In this document: one piece after another, positions 31,176-40,594 of the stretch
Layout of the letters: each line of letters starts with the position of its first letter
Position numbering within the stretch: the stretch's first letter is position 1
Position numbers and translations under genes: made by a program
Source of the DNA: a virus
Taxonomy: Duplodnaviria; Heunggongvirae; Uroviricota; Caudoviricetes
Strand: one strand, 5' to 3'
DNA: 64,000 bases
Virus record (IMG/VR): IMGVR_UViG_3300028886_000065
The notes under the pieces: model-generated
What the model saw: the letters and a program-made list of their open reading frames with translations, nothing else
What the model was told of the DNA's origin: nothing
The model's database searches: none

Positions 31176-31754
31176 ATGGATTTATCTAAGCAAAAACAGA
31201 CAGAAGCAAAGAAATTGAATGTCACTATGCAGTATCTTGTCATGGCTGACCTCATGTCCGTTGGATATTCCGAAAGCGACGCTTATGCCATCGCATACCC
31301 GGAAAACGTGGCTCTCGCCATGCAACAGAACAACAGCATACGAAACAACATCGTTGAAAGCGTAAAGTTCAAGAAACTGCTTGAAGCAAGACGAACGAGA
31401 ATCAAAGACGGCATCGCAACACCTATACAACTCGAAGAGGTGGAACTGGTCGGAACTGAAGAAGTGCTCAAGGAGATTCTGCGCTCGGCAAAGCAACAGC
31501 CCATTGGCTCAAAGGAACGTGCTGACCTATACGCCAAGTACAACGAGATAAAGAAGGAAAGCGAGCAGGAAGCAACAGACGAAACGGACACCATAAACTT
31601 CGTCCTGCCACTCAAATGCAACCAATGTCCATTGCTCTACGCCTACAACGACTACCTGCGCGAGCACGACCTGCAAGAAGTAAGACCCGTGGAAATGGGA
31701 CGTATCATGTCACTCTCACATACAATCATTCAAGCGGCCATGGATGCTGAATAG
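31176..31754 (+). CDS. Putative DNA-binding protein, possibly a terminase small subunit. It has an N-terminal HTH-like segment and a CxxC...C zinc-ribbon-like segment.
   Basis: The N-terminus MQYLVMADLMSVGYSESDAYAIAYPE resembles TerS HTH regions. It is followed immediately by a GGTGGTCA direct-repeat array. Confidence 0.3.
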   Translation: MDLSKQKQTEAKKLNVTMQYLVMADLMSVGYSESDAYAIAYPENVALAMQQNNSIRNNIVESVKFKKLLEARRTRIKDGIATPIQLEEVELVGTEEVLKEILRSAKQQPIGSKERADLYAKYNEIKKESEQEATDETDTINFVLPLKCNQCPLLYAYNDYLREHDLQEVRPVEMGRIMSLSHTIIQAAMDAE

Positions 31755-31764
31755 CTTTCAAATT

Positions 31765-31806
31765 GGTGGTCAAAAGGTGGTCATAAACCCTTCAAAAAGG
31801 TGGTCA
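31765..31806 (+). repeat. Three tandem direct repeats of GGTGGTCA (31765-72, 31776-83, 31799-806). A fourth copy lies in the downstream terminator stem.
   Basis: Read directly from the sequence: aattGGTGGTCAaaaGGTGGTCAtaaacccttcaaaaaGGTGGTCAaaag. Confidence 0.6.
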
Positions 31807-31849
31807 AAAGATTCTTTCGGTTAAGTAAATAGCATACTTTCGCGCATCA

Positions 31850-31882
31850 AAAAAAGTGGTCAATTTCGACCACTTTTCTTTT
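31850..31882. terminator. Bidirectional intrinsic terminator between convergent genes.
   Basis: aaaaaAGTGGTCaatttcGACCACTtttcttttt. It has a 7-bp stem, an A-run upstream and a T-run downstream. A second hairpin TTCGCGGttttcCCGCGAA lies at 31895-31913, just past the stop of the glycosyltransferase gene. Confidence 0.6.
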
Positions 31883-31915
31883 TATCGTCTGTGTTTCGCG
31901 GTTTTCCCGCGAAAA

Positions 31916-33595
31916 TCATTCCCACAATTCCCGATTAGCCTCTAACCATTCATCTTCTTGCGCCACATTCCAGCTACCGTGCTTCAAATGCAGGATATAT
32001 TCATTGATGTTCAAATGATTCTCCGGCAAAACAAGATTGTGACAAGCCTCATAGAACCAGCACCCCGTATCATAGAGCATATTAGGACGCTGACGGCTCA
32101 AGAACCACATCTTTTCACCATTGAAATACCTTACACCTTGCTCTGACAGCATCCTGACATTGAGATAGCACAGATAAGGCAACACACGCGGAGTATTATA
32201 GTTCCAACGATTCCTATGCAACTCGGTCTGTCCTACCCATGCACAGCTATCGTCGAAGAACAGGCTGATGTCTTTCCTCACCAACACATCACTATCCATG
32301 AGCAAGAAGCCTTCTGGGAACAGGTCAAAGCAATAATCAATAGTCCTGCAGTGTTTCGCGCTGCCGTAATTATTCTCAGGACAAGGATATTTGTCGGGAT
32401 ATTCAGCCAGCATCTTATCGAAGTCTATCAACTGACCTTTCGTGTTATCTATCACCTCAACATTGTCAAAAGCGACCGTGCCTGCCGCGTCAGCGGAAGG
32501 TATCACAAACGCCTCCTTGTCACTATTGTCAAACACCACTACCCTGCAACCAGGAGTGTGCTTGTTCAACGACCGTATAGCAGCCTCAGTAAGCTTCTGT
32601 GTGTTGAAGTTCACGATGACAACCGTCTTCTGGCTTGGAGTAATCCTCGGTTGCAGACCAATAATCTCACGCATGACATCTTCCTTCTCCTGCGTCCATT
32701 CATTGTACGTCCAGAAACGTCCGGCATAGCGCATTTCAAAGTGAGCACGATTCAAATTGTTTCCCGTGCCTTTCTGCCACTTGTTACCGAACCATTCCTC
32801 AACAGTCTTGGTTGCATAGTGTTTCAGATAGGCTACTGAGAAGTCGTAGGGCTGGAACGGACGCTGGGAGCATGGATCACCAGAGGCATTACAGCAACGC
32901 AGACGATTTGATGGCAAATGAGGATTGTCACAGAACTCAACAAGAGGAAGACCTCCGCGAACAATACATTTGACATGGTTATTGTCGGGCATACCCTCAT
33001 ACTGAGCTACGTGGTCAAAAGGTAGAGGTTCTGTGAATCGCTCACACAAATCACGACCATCATCCCGAACCAAGCCGTTATCGCCGTAATTCATCCAGTT
33101 AAACAACACGCAGTCATAACCCTCATAACCACCCATCAACTCCCCTATTGCCACTGTACCCGTCGCATTTGCGGCGGGAAACACCAGAAACTCGTCAAAG
33201 TCGAAGAAGGCTATCCATCTATAATATCCACCATACTTGCGATAAACATCTTCATAGCACTCGCGTTGTACGCCTGTCCTATTGCGATAATCAAGGACTT
33301 CGAAATAGCCGTCCTTTATGAAGTCGCCAATAACGCTTTCAAAACGTTCCTCACCGTCGAAGTTGTTATCACAGAGAATAATCTTGTTGAAGCCAAGATG
33401 CAGATAGTGTAACACAAACTCACGGGCGTAACGGTTTTCACGCCGTCCGATAACGCACAACGCTATGCCGTCGCCCGTGATATGAGGTATGGTATATGGT
33501 CTTTCCTTACGCCCTATCTCCATCGCTATCTGCTTTTTCCTGTTGCTGTTCCAACTCGTCAAGCATTTCCTCGGCAACCTGTTCTTGATGAACAT
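31916..33595 (-). CDS. Two-domain glycosyltransferase. The N-terminal half is GT92/DUF23-like and the C-terminal half is GT2-like.
   Basis: 559 aa (a likely start at the internal Met MEIGRK is at 33523). N-terminal motifs: CVIGRRENRYAREFVLHYLHLGFNKIILCDNN and FFDFDEF (DxD-like). C-terminal: VVIVNFNTQKLTEAAIRSLNKHTPGCRVVVFDNSDKE, a GT2-like Rossmann start. Confidence 0.6.
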   Translation of the reverse strand: MFIKNRLPRKCLTSWNSNRKKQIAMEIGRKERPYTIPHITGDGIALCVIGRRENRYAREFVLHYLHLGFNKIILCDNNFDGEERFESVIGDFIKDGYFEVLDYRNRTGVQRECYEDVYRKYGGYYRWIAFFDFDEFLVFPAANATGTVAIGELMGGYEGYDCVLFNWMNYGDNGLVRDDGRDLCERFTEPLPFDHVAQYEGMPDNNHVKCIVRGGLPLVEFCDNPHLPSNRLRCCNASGDPCSQRPFQPYDFSVAYLKHYATKTVEEWFGNKWQKGTGNNLNRAHFEMRYAGRFWTYNEWTQEKEDVMREIIGLQPRITPSQKTVVIVNFNTQKLTEAAIRSLNKHTPGCRVVVFDNSDKEAFVIPSADAAGTVAFDNVEVIDNTKGQLIDFDKMLAEYPDKYPCPENNYGSAKHCRTIDYCFDLFPEGFLLMDSDVLVRKDISLFFDDSCAWVGQTELHRNRWNYNTPRVLPYLCYLNVRMLSEQGVRYFNGEKMWFLSRQRPNMLYDTGCWFYEACHNLVLPENHLNINEYILHLKHGSWNVAQEDEWLEANRELWE

Positions 33596-34142
33596 CTTCC
33601 TCGGTAGGCTTATTGGAGGCTACATGAGCGTCATAGTCCTTACGCCATGCAAGGAAGCCTTGAACCAATGCCTTCACGTCTTTCATAAAAACATCATGGT
33701 TCTTGTCTTCTTCCTTTAGCAGGTCGGGATTGGCATAAAGCGTAGCACACATGTTGATAGCCTGCTGGAAATAGCCATTGGCGATACAGGACGCATACAG
33801 CATATTACCAAAGAGGGTTGTCAACTGACCTGCGCGCCTGTCAAGCATCGAAACGCCACCACCATCGGGCTTAGAGTACATTTGCGTGAACAACTCACGA
33901 ATCATCCCGTACATGTCGAAAGTGGCGGGTATCTTAATCTGCCAGCTCTCGTCAAGGGTGCTGATGTTGATCTGGTCTATCTCAACCTTATCCTTACCCT
34001 TGCCAACGACCTTCTTGGCGCGCCAGACCTTGTAGTTACCTACCCTCGCAGGCTTGCCGAAAGGTATCTCCGGCTGTGCCGTATGTTTAGATTGCATTGC
34101 AACCTTATTGCCTTTCTTTTCCATTGCCGAAAATGTTTTCAA
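33507..34142 (-). CDS. Hypothetical protein with an acidic C-terminus.
   Basis: 211-aa ORF. I recognise no motif. It overlaps the glycosyltransferase 5' end unless the latter starts at 33523. Confidence 0.45.
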   Translation of the reverse strand: MKTFSAMEKKGNKVAMQSKHTAQPEIPFGKPARVGNYKVWRAKKVVGKGKDKVEIDQINISTLDESWQIKIPATFDMYGMIRELFTQMYSKPDGGGVSMLDRRAGQLTTLFGNMLYASCIANGYFQQAINMCATLYANPDLLKEEDKNHDVFMKDVKALVQGFLAWRKDYDAHVASNKPTEEDVHQEQVAEEMLDELEQQQEKADSDGDRA

Positions 34143-34531
34143 CGTAAAAACACGTATAACATTCTTTTCCTAACAGGAGAGTATATCTCACGGAACTTTT
34201 CAAGCTTTTCAGCGAAATCGTTGATGCGCTTGATGGTCTCCGAATTATCAACGTCAGCACCATTGGTGGTTCTGTCACCTTTCCGCTCTTTCTCCTGCTG
34301 GTTGAGAAGGTCAAGTTCCTCACGTACTTTCTTGCACTGATAGAACAGTTCAAGGTCGGAGGAGAAACCATTATCGACCATGAAAACGGGTTGCACGTCG
34401 TAACCACGTAGAACCTGCCTGCAACGTTCCATCTGGATATAGCAAGATATCAGTTGCTCACGAAGTTCTTCTTTTGTCAACTGTTCTACAAATGCGGTGA
34501 GACTTCTTCTGAATGTTTTTTTCTTACTCAT
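34139..34531 (-). CDS. Hypothetical protein.
   Basis: 130 aa. Its start/stop overlaps the neighbouring gene by 4 nt, consistent with translational coupling. Confidence 0.45.
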   Translation of the reverse strand: MSKKKTFRRSLTAFVEQLTKEELREQLISCYIQMERCRQVLRGYDVQPVFMVDNGFSSDLELFYQCKKVREELDLLNQQEKERKGDRTTNGADVDNSETIKRINDFAEKLEKFREIYSPVRKRMLYVFLR

Positions 34532-34610
34532 ACTTTTCGTTTTTTAGTTTTGAAGTTTGCGTATTTGATAAAACTTTTGGTTAGGTGTTGTGCATATTCA
34601 CGCGCTGCAA

Positions 34611-34889
34611 TCACCTTTTTGCCCTGCGACCGCCACGCTTCGGAGTAGCCTTCTCAGAAGGTTCATCCTTCGAGCCAACCACATCGGGAGATGCGCCGTT
34701 GTCGGATTCTTCCTCAACAGGATTATCGCCACCGACAACATCGGTCACACCAGTTTCCTCGGTGTTTTCATTTTCACCATCCGTAGCCACCGTGCCTGCA
34801 GATTCTGCGGAAGGCAACAGCGTCGTGAATCCATTGGAAACAACCCGCTTCGGGTTCTTCTGTCCTACTCTAATAGTTCCCATAATCAA
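34611..34889 (-). CDS. Small hypothetical protein with an acidic middle and a basic RRAKR tail. It shares a PSAxSAGTVA motif with the glycosyltransferase.
   Basis: 92 aa. The motif PSAESAGTVATDGE matches IPSADAAGTVAFDN and PAANATGTVAIGE in the glycosyltransferase. Confidence 0.35.
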   Translation of the reverse strand: MIMGTIRVGQKNPKRVVSNGFTTLLPSAESAGTVATDGENENTEETGVTDVVGGDNPVEEESDNGASPDVVGSKDEPSEKATPKRGGRRAKR

Positions 34890-34892
34890 TAG

Positions 34893-35750
34893 TTATTTAA
34901 TGTTCCACATTTTGTTTGCTCCATCGGCGTTGAAAAGCACATCAATGTTAGCACCTTGTTTCTGTGCTATAATATCCCATGCTTTCAACTGAATAAACTG
35001 CTGTGCCGACAATCCCATTTCCTGTTGATATGCTTTGTCAGCAATGGCACGTTGACGCTCGGCTTTCTCACGGGCTAACTGAACCTCAACCTCACGTTCT
35101 TGGGTTTGCTTCGCCTGAACAGCCTTTGCCGTCTTGTTCATTTCCGCTAACTGTTCAGCATTTGGAATAGCCTTTCCGATTACAACATTCTTAATCTCTA
35201 CGGGAAAGTCTTTCTCCTTTGACAGTTCAGCAACATATTCGCGCATTTCATTCAATACCTTTGTATCAATCTCATTTAGAACCTCTCGGTTACTCATAAG
35301 GTCAAAGGGCGAGTGCTGAGAAACGTAGTCACGGACACGATTGCAATAATGGTTGTAAATATTCGTATTGAACCAGTCAACACCGTAATTCTCCAACAGC
35401 ACAGGCGACTTACCAGCCTTAATCTGAGTGATAATGACAGTATGGAAGTCAAGAGGGGTGTTGTCGTTGCTAACGAGGTCTTCCATATCCACCTGCTGTT
35501 TCTGAGGTATGATCTTGAAAGTTTCGCTCGAAGTTGACCACCAACACCAAGTCAGACCAGTCTCAACGGGGTCTTTATCGACACCGCCATGACCAAAGAA
35601 CCAAGGCTTGTAAATCAAAACAGCCTCTTCACCTGCCTCTGGACGAACACCATGACAGGACATCATTGCAATGCTTACACAAGCGACTGCCAGAAGATAA
35701 ATACACTTTTTCATAAACGTATAAAGTTTTAGTGAAACAATATATCTCAT
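34893..35750 (-). CDS. SPFH/band-7 (prohibitin/HflC-like) domain lipoprotein.
   Basis: 285 aa. Signal peptide with lipobox (a likely start at MKKCIYLLAVACVSIAMMSC). SPFH-like core followed by a coiled-coil tail (AKQTQEREVEVQLAREKAERQRAIADKAYQQE). Confidence 0.65.
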   Translation of the reverse strand: MRYIVSLKLYTFMKKCIYLLAVACVSIAMMSCHGVRPEAGEEAVLIYKPWFFGHGGVDKDPVETGLTWCWWSTSSETFKIIPQKQQVDMEDLVSNDNTPLDFHTVIITQIKAGKSPVLLENYGVDWFNTNIYNHYCNRVRDYVSQHSPFDLMSNREVLNEIDTKVLNEMREYVAELSKEKDFPVEIKNVVIGKAIPNAEQLAEMNKTAKAVQAKQTQEREVEVQLAREKAERQRAIADKAYQQEMGLSAQQFIQLKAWDIIAQKQGANIDVLFNADGANKMWNIK

Positions 35751-35810
35751 AGTTTTGTGTTCATTTCAGTTCTTTCCAATTCTTGCAACTCTTTAAAGAA
35801 TTAGCAAGAT

Positions 35811-36323
35811 TTAGCAGGTTAGGAAATCATCAACATCAAGATAGTCTATGCCAAAGTTCTCGGCACATTTCTTGTCAGAGTCAGAAAACTGCCCGGGCTT
35901 ACCGCTTGCATCGCCAATCATAAGCATATTTGCCTTGTCTTTGAGCCATTTCGCGGCAAAACGCAACCTTTTATCAAAAAATGCCTGTAGCATTCCAGTG
36001 TTAGGCTTGCGATTCGGGTTGTCTTTATCCTGCGACATGCAGTAGTCAAATGAAACTTCCACGTCACCCATGTAGGCGTGAATGAATGATACTATACCCC
36101 ACAGTTTTGTTTCAAAATCCTTCTTTGATATGTACTGCGGTATTCCACCTTGGTTCGTCACTATGTGCAAGAATGACAGATTATCCATGCACTTAATCTT
36201 ATCCAGCACGTCCTTCCTTATGCGAAAGTCCGTGCAATCCTCGGCAAAGGTCTTGCCGCTTGCAGTAGTGATCAACGTGCCGTCTAAGTCGGCAAACAAA
36301 ATCTTCTTCTCGTTCAAATTCAT
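35811..36323 (-). CDS. HAD-IIIA family phosphatase, resembling polynucleotide 3'-phosphatase or GmhB.
   Basis: Motif I FADLDGTLI, motif II HIVTNQGG, motif III KPNTGM and motif IV MIGDASG...DSD. Confidence 0.7.
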   Translation of the reverse strand: MNLNEKKILFADLDGTLITTASGKTFAEDCTDFRIRKDVLDKIKCMDNLSFLHIVTNQGGIPQYISKKDFETKLWGIVSFIHAYMGDVEVSFDYCMSQDKDNPNRKPNTGMLQAFFDKRLRFAAKWLKDKANMLMIGDASGKPGQFSDSDKKCAENFGIDYLDVDDFLTC

Positions 36324-36700
36324 AATGTACTCGGTGTATAATTGTGATAGAGTTTCTGATAAATACGCAGTTGGGTAAGTCTTCCCAACGTCTCGTAGTG
36401 GATGGATTCAAACTTCATGGCTCGGCGAAGCACCAAAGGCTTCATAAACCAGAAACTACGCTCGGCCATGGAACGGTAGTATTCGCTACATGTGATGCTG
36501 TAACGCATCCTGTCCTCCAGCAGACGGGCGTAGCAGATGCAGAACGGAAGAGAAAGAAGATTATCGTCTGCCTCGAACTTCTTCAAAATATCAAGTTCGC
36601 TCTCGAACAAAGACGTGAAAGCCTTGACAAACTCCCTGAACTGCTTGGGCGTGAGGGACGCACCATTTACTCTTGCGGATGATTTATACATATCGTTCAT
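36320..36700 (-). CDS. Hypothetical protein.
   Basis: 126 aa, overlapping the HAD gene start by 4 nt. Confidence 0.45.
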   Translation of the reverse strand: MNDMYKSSARVNGASLTPKQFREFVKAFTSLFESELDILKKFEADDNLLSLPFCICYARLLEDRMRYSITCSEYYRSMAERSFWFMKPLVLRRAMKFESIHYETLGRLTQLRIYQKLYHNYTPSTL

Positions 36701-36703
36701 TTT

Positions 36704-36925
36704 TTATAGTTCTGCCTGCCAAATCATTTCACATATCTCGTCCAACGTCTCTGTCACATCGAGAGCTGAACCAGAATAGACAATCTGCCTGCAAGCAGGC
36801 TTAACACCATAATCAACACGCTCCTGAGCGTTGTCAAGAACAGCAATGATGCTTTCGGCACGTATCAGTGCCTTCTTTCCGTCGTACAACGACGTGACTT
36901 CGATGAATCCTTTAATGTTCTTCAT
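36704..36925 (-). CDS. Hypothetical small protein.
   Basis: 73 aa, overlapping the primase/helicase gene stop by 4 nt. Confidence 0.4.
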   Translation of the reverse strand: MKNIKGFIEVTSLYDGKKALIRAESIIAVLDNAQERVDYGVKPACRQIVYSGSALDVTETLDEICEMIWQAEL

Positions 36926-38397
36926 ATCTTCAATGCGTATTCGATAGTTTTTTCACAGAATATCCCATAGACATAGCCTGTTCCTGTCCGCTTCCTGTTA
37001 CCGTTGCCGTCATGCCAGCCCAACCTCGACATTTCACCACCGAAACTGCGCTGGTTCATCGGCTCCTGCAACCACTTGTCACAGAAAGAGACGTAATCAG
37101 CATAGAGGGAAGTCGCGGAAACCCACTGAACCTTGTCATCCCAATGACCCGTCCGGCGGTCGCAGTTATAGCCGCTCTTGTTCAGGAACACCTGAACCGT
37201 CTGACCATTCTCCAGCATATAGTCCGTCATCTCATCGTCACCGTCCTTGGTCGAATTGAACTGATAGCCGTCACGCATGAGCATCTTGTAGCCCTCTATC
37301 ATCCAGTTACGGATGCCGGACAACTCACCAAGCAACTCAGTACCTAACTCCCTGTTCATGTCCTCTGCACGAACAGAGGTCTTGAAGGGAATGAACAGCA
37401 AACGACGTAGAAAAGCCTTATCCATGTTCTTGTTCGTCGGTCGCCTGTTCATGTTGAACACCAGGAAAGGTATGTCATACGTAGTCTCTGGATTCCGACC
37501 CAGCAAGCGTATCGTCTGAGGCTCACCACTGCACAACGACTTGAACGTGTCGGCATACCTCGATATATCGTCGCTCTGTATCTCGCCGCAATAATTGAAC
37601 AGCTTGCCGACAATACTGCCAATGAACCGCGCACGCGCCTCGGACGAACCACTCAGCAACGTGTCAAGACCAACATTAGATATATTGTCTGCTCCATAGA
37701 CACAACGGACTATATCGAAGATGGTGGTCTTGCCATTAGCACCACTGCCAATGAGCCACAACGTCTCTTCTATCTTATGAGACATATTCTTACGGCTGGC
37801 ACAACCAAGACCAAGGTACTTCTGCAACTTCATTATCTCACCCTTCGGCAATATCGACTGAAGAAAAGCAAGCCACTTCGGACAACCTGCCGACGGGTCG
37901 TAGGCATAAGGCAATATGCTGACTATCGGCATACGGTCTTCAAAGGAATGGTAAACAGGATGCTCAATGTCCGTGAAATCCCATACACCATTGCTGAAAC
38001 CTATCACCGAAGCGGACAACTCCAAGGAAGACATCGAAGCACCACCACGGGCTGAATACATCAACTTACTACGAGAATTTATCAAGTCTGACTTCGGAAC
38101 ACCACCACGTACCATAGCCTTGTTCAAGGCATTCTCCAATACAATGTCAGCCAAAGGACACCATACCTTGCCGTCAAAGTAATACACATCACCCATATAT
38201 GTCTTGAAACAAACAGCACAGGATTTCAGTACTACCTCCTGATAACCATACACACGATCACCAAAACGAGCCTGCTGATAAGCAGCACGCAACAGCTTCA
38301 AGTCAAGAGAACGATATATAGCACCACTCAACTCGTCTATCAATGACAACTTGTCATTCCTGTATGTTTTATCCTTTGACATATCTGAACTTAGCAC
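36922..38397 (-). CDS. Phage/plasmid primase-helicase of the P4/D5 type (D5_N-like region plus an SF3 helicase NTPase domain).
   Basis: 491 aa. Walker A LIGSGANGKTT. A D5_N-like segment contains YDPSAGCPKWLAFL. A C-terminal winged-helix-like region follows. Confidence 0.8.
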   Translation of the reverse strand: MLSSDMSKDKTYRNDKLSLIDELSGAIYRSLDLKLLRAAYQQARFGDRVYGYQEVVLKSCAVCFKTYMGDVYYFDGKVWCPLADIVLENALNKAMVRGGVPKSDLINSRSKLMYSARGGASMSSLELSASVIGFSNGVWDFTDIEHPVYHSFEDRMPIVSILPYAYDPSAGCPKWLAFLQSILPKGEIMKLQKYLGLGCASRKNMSHKIEETLWLIGSGANGKTTIFDIVRCVYGADNISNVGLDTLLSGSSEARARFIGSIVGKLFNYCGEIQSDDISRYADTFKSLCSGEPQTIRLLGRNPETTYDIPFLVFNMNRRPTNKNMDKAFLRRLLFIPFKTSVRAEDMNRELGTELLGELSGIRNWMIEGYKMLMRDGYQFNSTKDGDDEMTDYMLENGQTVQVFLNKSGYNCDRRTGHWDDKVQWVSATSLYADYVSFCDKWLQEPMNQRSFGGEMSRLGWHDGNGNRKRTGTGYVYGIFCEKTIEYALKI

Positions 38398-39908
38398 TTA
38401 ACATTGACTACAAATTAAACCTAACACCTACTCGATAACTACTTATCACCATTTATGCGAAGCTCAATGCCGAAATACACAACCTGAGCCATCCCTCGAA
38501 AACAAAACAATATCAACAACAACAGAACAATGTCTGATACAACATTCAAGGGCATCAAACTACAAGCATCGATTCCGTGAATAATGAGCATATATAAAAA
38601 CAATAAATAAAATATCATCATTACCAATGTAGGAAATTTTGTTCATTTTGTTCATTTGGTTCATTGCGCTGCAAAGATACAACCTAATTTTCAGCATGTT
38701 AACTACATCACTGGAAATCTTGACTTTTTTCAAAAAACTTGCAATTATCGTACATTTATATACATTTTTTGTACACAAAAGACCAAAATAACATACATGT
38801 AACACTAATTAACTCGATTTTTACACTTTTTTAACGCCATTTTCACTCAAAATCAATATATCATACACTATACTACTTAACAACATTCATTACAATGACT
38901 TACAATAACAAAAAACATGGAAAAATAAACATTATAACATAAGAAAAAATTAAAAATAAAATTCAAAAAATAAAAAATCTCGGCGATAGGTCAGCATGGG
39001 TACCCAATCACGTTAAAAGGGGGTGTACCCCATGCAAAACGACAACACAACACACAAAATTTGGTCACATTATACATATAATGAGACCTATTATAATCGC
39101 TTAAATATCAGCAAGTTATCGTACTTTGTCCGAAGTCATTTTTCTTTAAATATTTTTTGTTTAATTTTTCTCTTTTTCTTATTTTTGTTATCTTTGTATT
39201 ATTTTTTATGTTATTTCCTATTATTACCTATTATATATATTATGTACCTTATTATTTCGTTTTGTACATGTTATTTATTCATTCATGCCATGCCATGCCA
39301 TAAACAGATGAGAACACACAACAATACAACAACACACAACAACACGCGCGACAGCTACGACAACACGCGCACACAATAAATATAAATTATATTCCTCATG
39401 TGCTCATGTTGACAATAAAAAAGAAGAATAATATATATATATACCTTATTATATAAATTTACTTCGACAATAAAAAAACAAGTTCCTTTTTATTTATTCT
39501 CTGTTATCCTCTTTTATTCTCTGTTATAATAATACATGCTGCATGTGTTTTTGATATTATTTGGTTCTGGTTATTTCATCGACTTTTGTATCTGGTAAAA
39601 TACCATGCCATACCAAATAATATATAGTATATATAATAAGGTAAACCGAATTAAAAAACCGAGCTTTTCGCCCTGCTTAAATGCTTTGCCCTGGTTATTA
39701 CCTGGAATCAATCAAAGAGGGCAAAACATGTATATAATATATAGGTATAATATTGTGCGCTGCATGATATAGAATCAATCAATAAAGGACAGATAAATGA
39801 AATACCTTTCTTTTGTCTGTTTAACTGTTATACCTTATTTTGTCAGATCTGCCGATTTATCAGATCGACACAAATCAACTGGAAATAAATATACCTTATA
39901 TATATTAT
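38398..39908. other. 1.5-kb AT-rich non-coding region with multiple direct and inverted repeats. It is the candidate origin of replication and regulatory hub.
   Basis: It has no credible ORF. It contains the tandem repeats gttcatt x3 (38640-38665) and ccatgccatgccatgccat. It has acaacacgcgc x2 and ttattctctgttat x2. It has the iteron-like gaatcaatcaa(a/t)a(g/a)agg(g/a)ca x2 at about 39706 and 39772. It has the 8-bp inverted repeat tttgccct/agggcaaa at 39683-39725. It has the palindrome-like gtcaGATCtgccgatttatcaGATCgac at about 39849-39876. It lies between the primase-helicase gene and the repressor gene. Confidence 0.45.
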
Positions 39909-40364
39909 TTACTCTGCTGATATTTTGATGTATTTACCACAATGGGGACACCTGAAGACGTTTTCATGTGTTGTGCTTTCGTTAGGGTTAAAGATAGTCA
40001 TTCCGAGTGCTTGGAAAATATCGCCAAATAGATATGAAGGTAGTGTTTTCTCTTTTAGTGCCTGCATGATGTCCTTTTCGTAGTTGATGGCTTTTTGCAG
40101 TTCTTGTATGTTTGTTTTGTGCTCTGTAATATACCTTAATGTGTCATCATATATATCTGTTATAGGTTTGTCTGCTGGTTGCAATAGGTCGATAACGTTG
40201 CAACCGATGGCGTTTGCAATGCGTTCTATGGTATTTAGTTGTATTCCTTCTTTATGGATGGTAATGGATAATGATTCGCGAGTGACATTTAATTTAATCG
40301 CCAAATCCTTTAAAGATAAACCGTGTATCTTTGCAACTCTCTTTATATTTTGTGAAATATCCAT
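39909..40364 (-). CDS. XRE-family HTH transcriptional regulator (putative phage repressor) with a C-terminal CPHC zinc-ribbon.
   Basis: HTH segment LSLKDLAIKLNVTRESLSITIHKEGIQLNTIERIANAIGCNVIDLL. It is divergent from the early plus-strand genes. Confidence 0.75.
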   Translation of the reverse strand: MDISQNIKRVAKIHGLSLKDLAIKLNVTRESLSITIHKEGIQLNTIERIANAIGCNVIDLLQPADKPITDIYDDTLRYITEHKTNIQELQKAINYEKDIMQALKEKTLPSYLFGDIFQALGMTIFNPNESTTHENVFRCPHCGKYIKISAE

Positions 40365-40383
40365 ATTTTTGTATTTTGATGGC

Positions 40384-40544
40384 GCAAAAGTAATACATTT
40401 ATTTTAAACCACCTAATTTCCCTCAAAATGTTAACAAGTTTTTAATATTATAATGTTACGCGATTATTATGTTAAAATTTATATAATGATATTACTTTTT
40501 ATCCCTTAATGCTTGCTCATATAATATAATTATATTACTTTTGC
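40384..40544. promoter_or_regulatory. Immunity-region operator candidates. These are inverted copies of GCAAAAGTAAT/ATTACTTTTGC plus a third half-site ATTACTTTTT in the divergent promoter region.
   Basis: gcgcAAAAGTAATacat at 40384-40394, gatATTACTTTTTat at 40491-40500 and tatATTACTTTTGCacc at 40534-40544. Confidence 0.4.
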
Positions 40545-40594
40545 ACCAGATTTAAGAAAGCAAGCGTGCATTCAACCTTTTAAAGGTTTATCAT

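Noticed and set aside
39283-39300. ccatgccatgccatgccat microsatellite
   Set aside because: A simple tetranucleotide repeat in an AT-rich region. It is most likely slippage-prone filler or part of the origin, not a distinct feature.
39023-39379. 118-aa ORF inside the AT-rich non-coding region
   Set aside because: Its translation is a low-complexity L/F/Y/I run caused by AT-rich simple repeats. It has no start context like the real genes. The region is better explained as origin or regulatory DNA.
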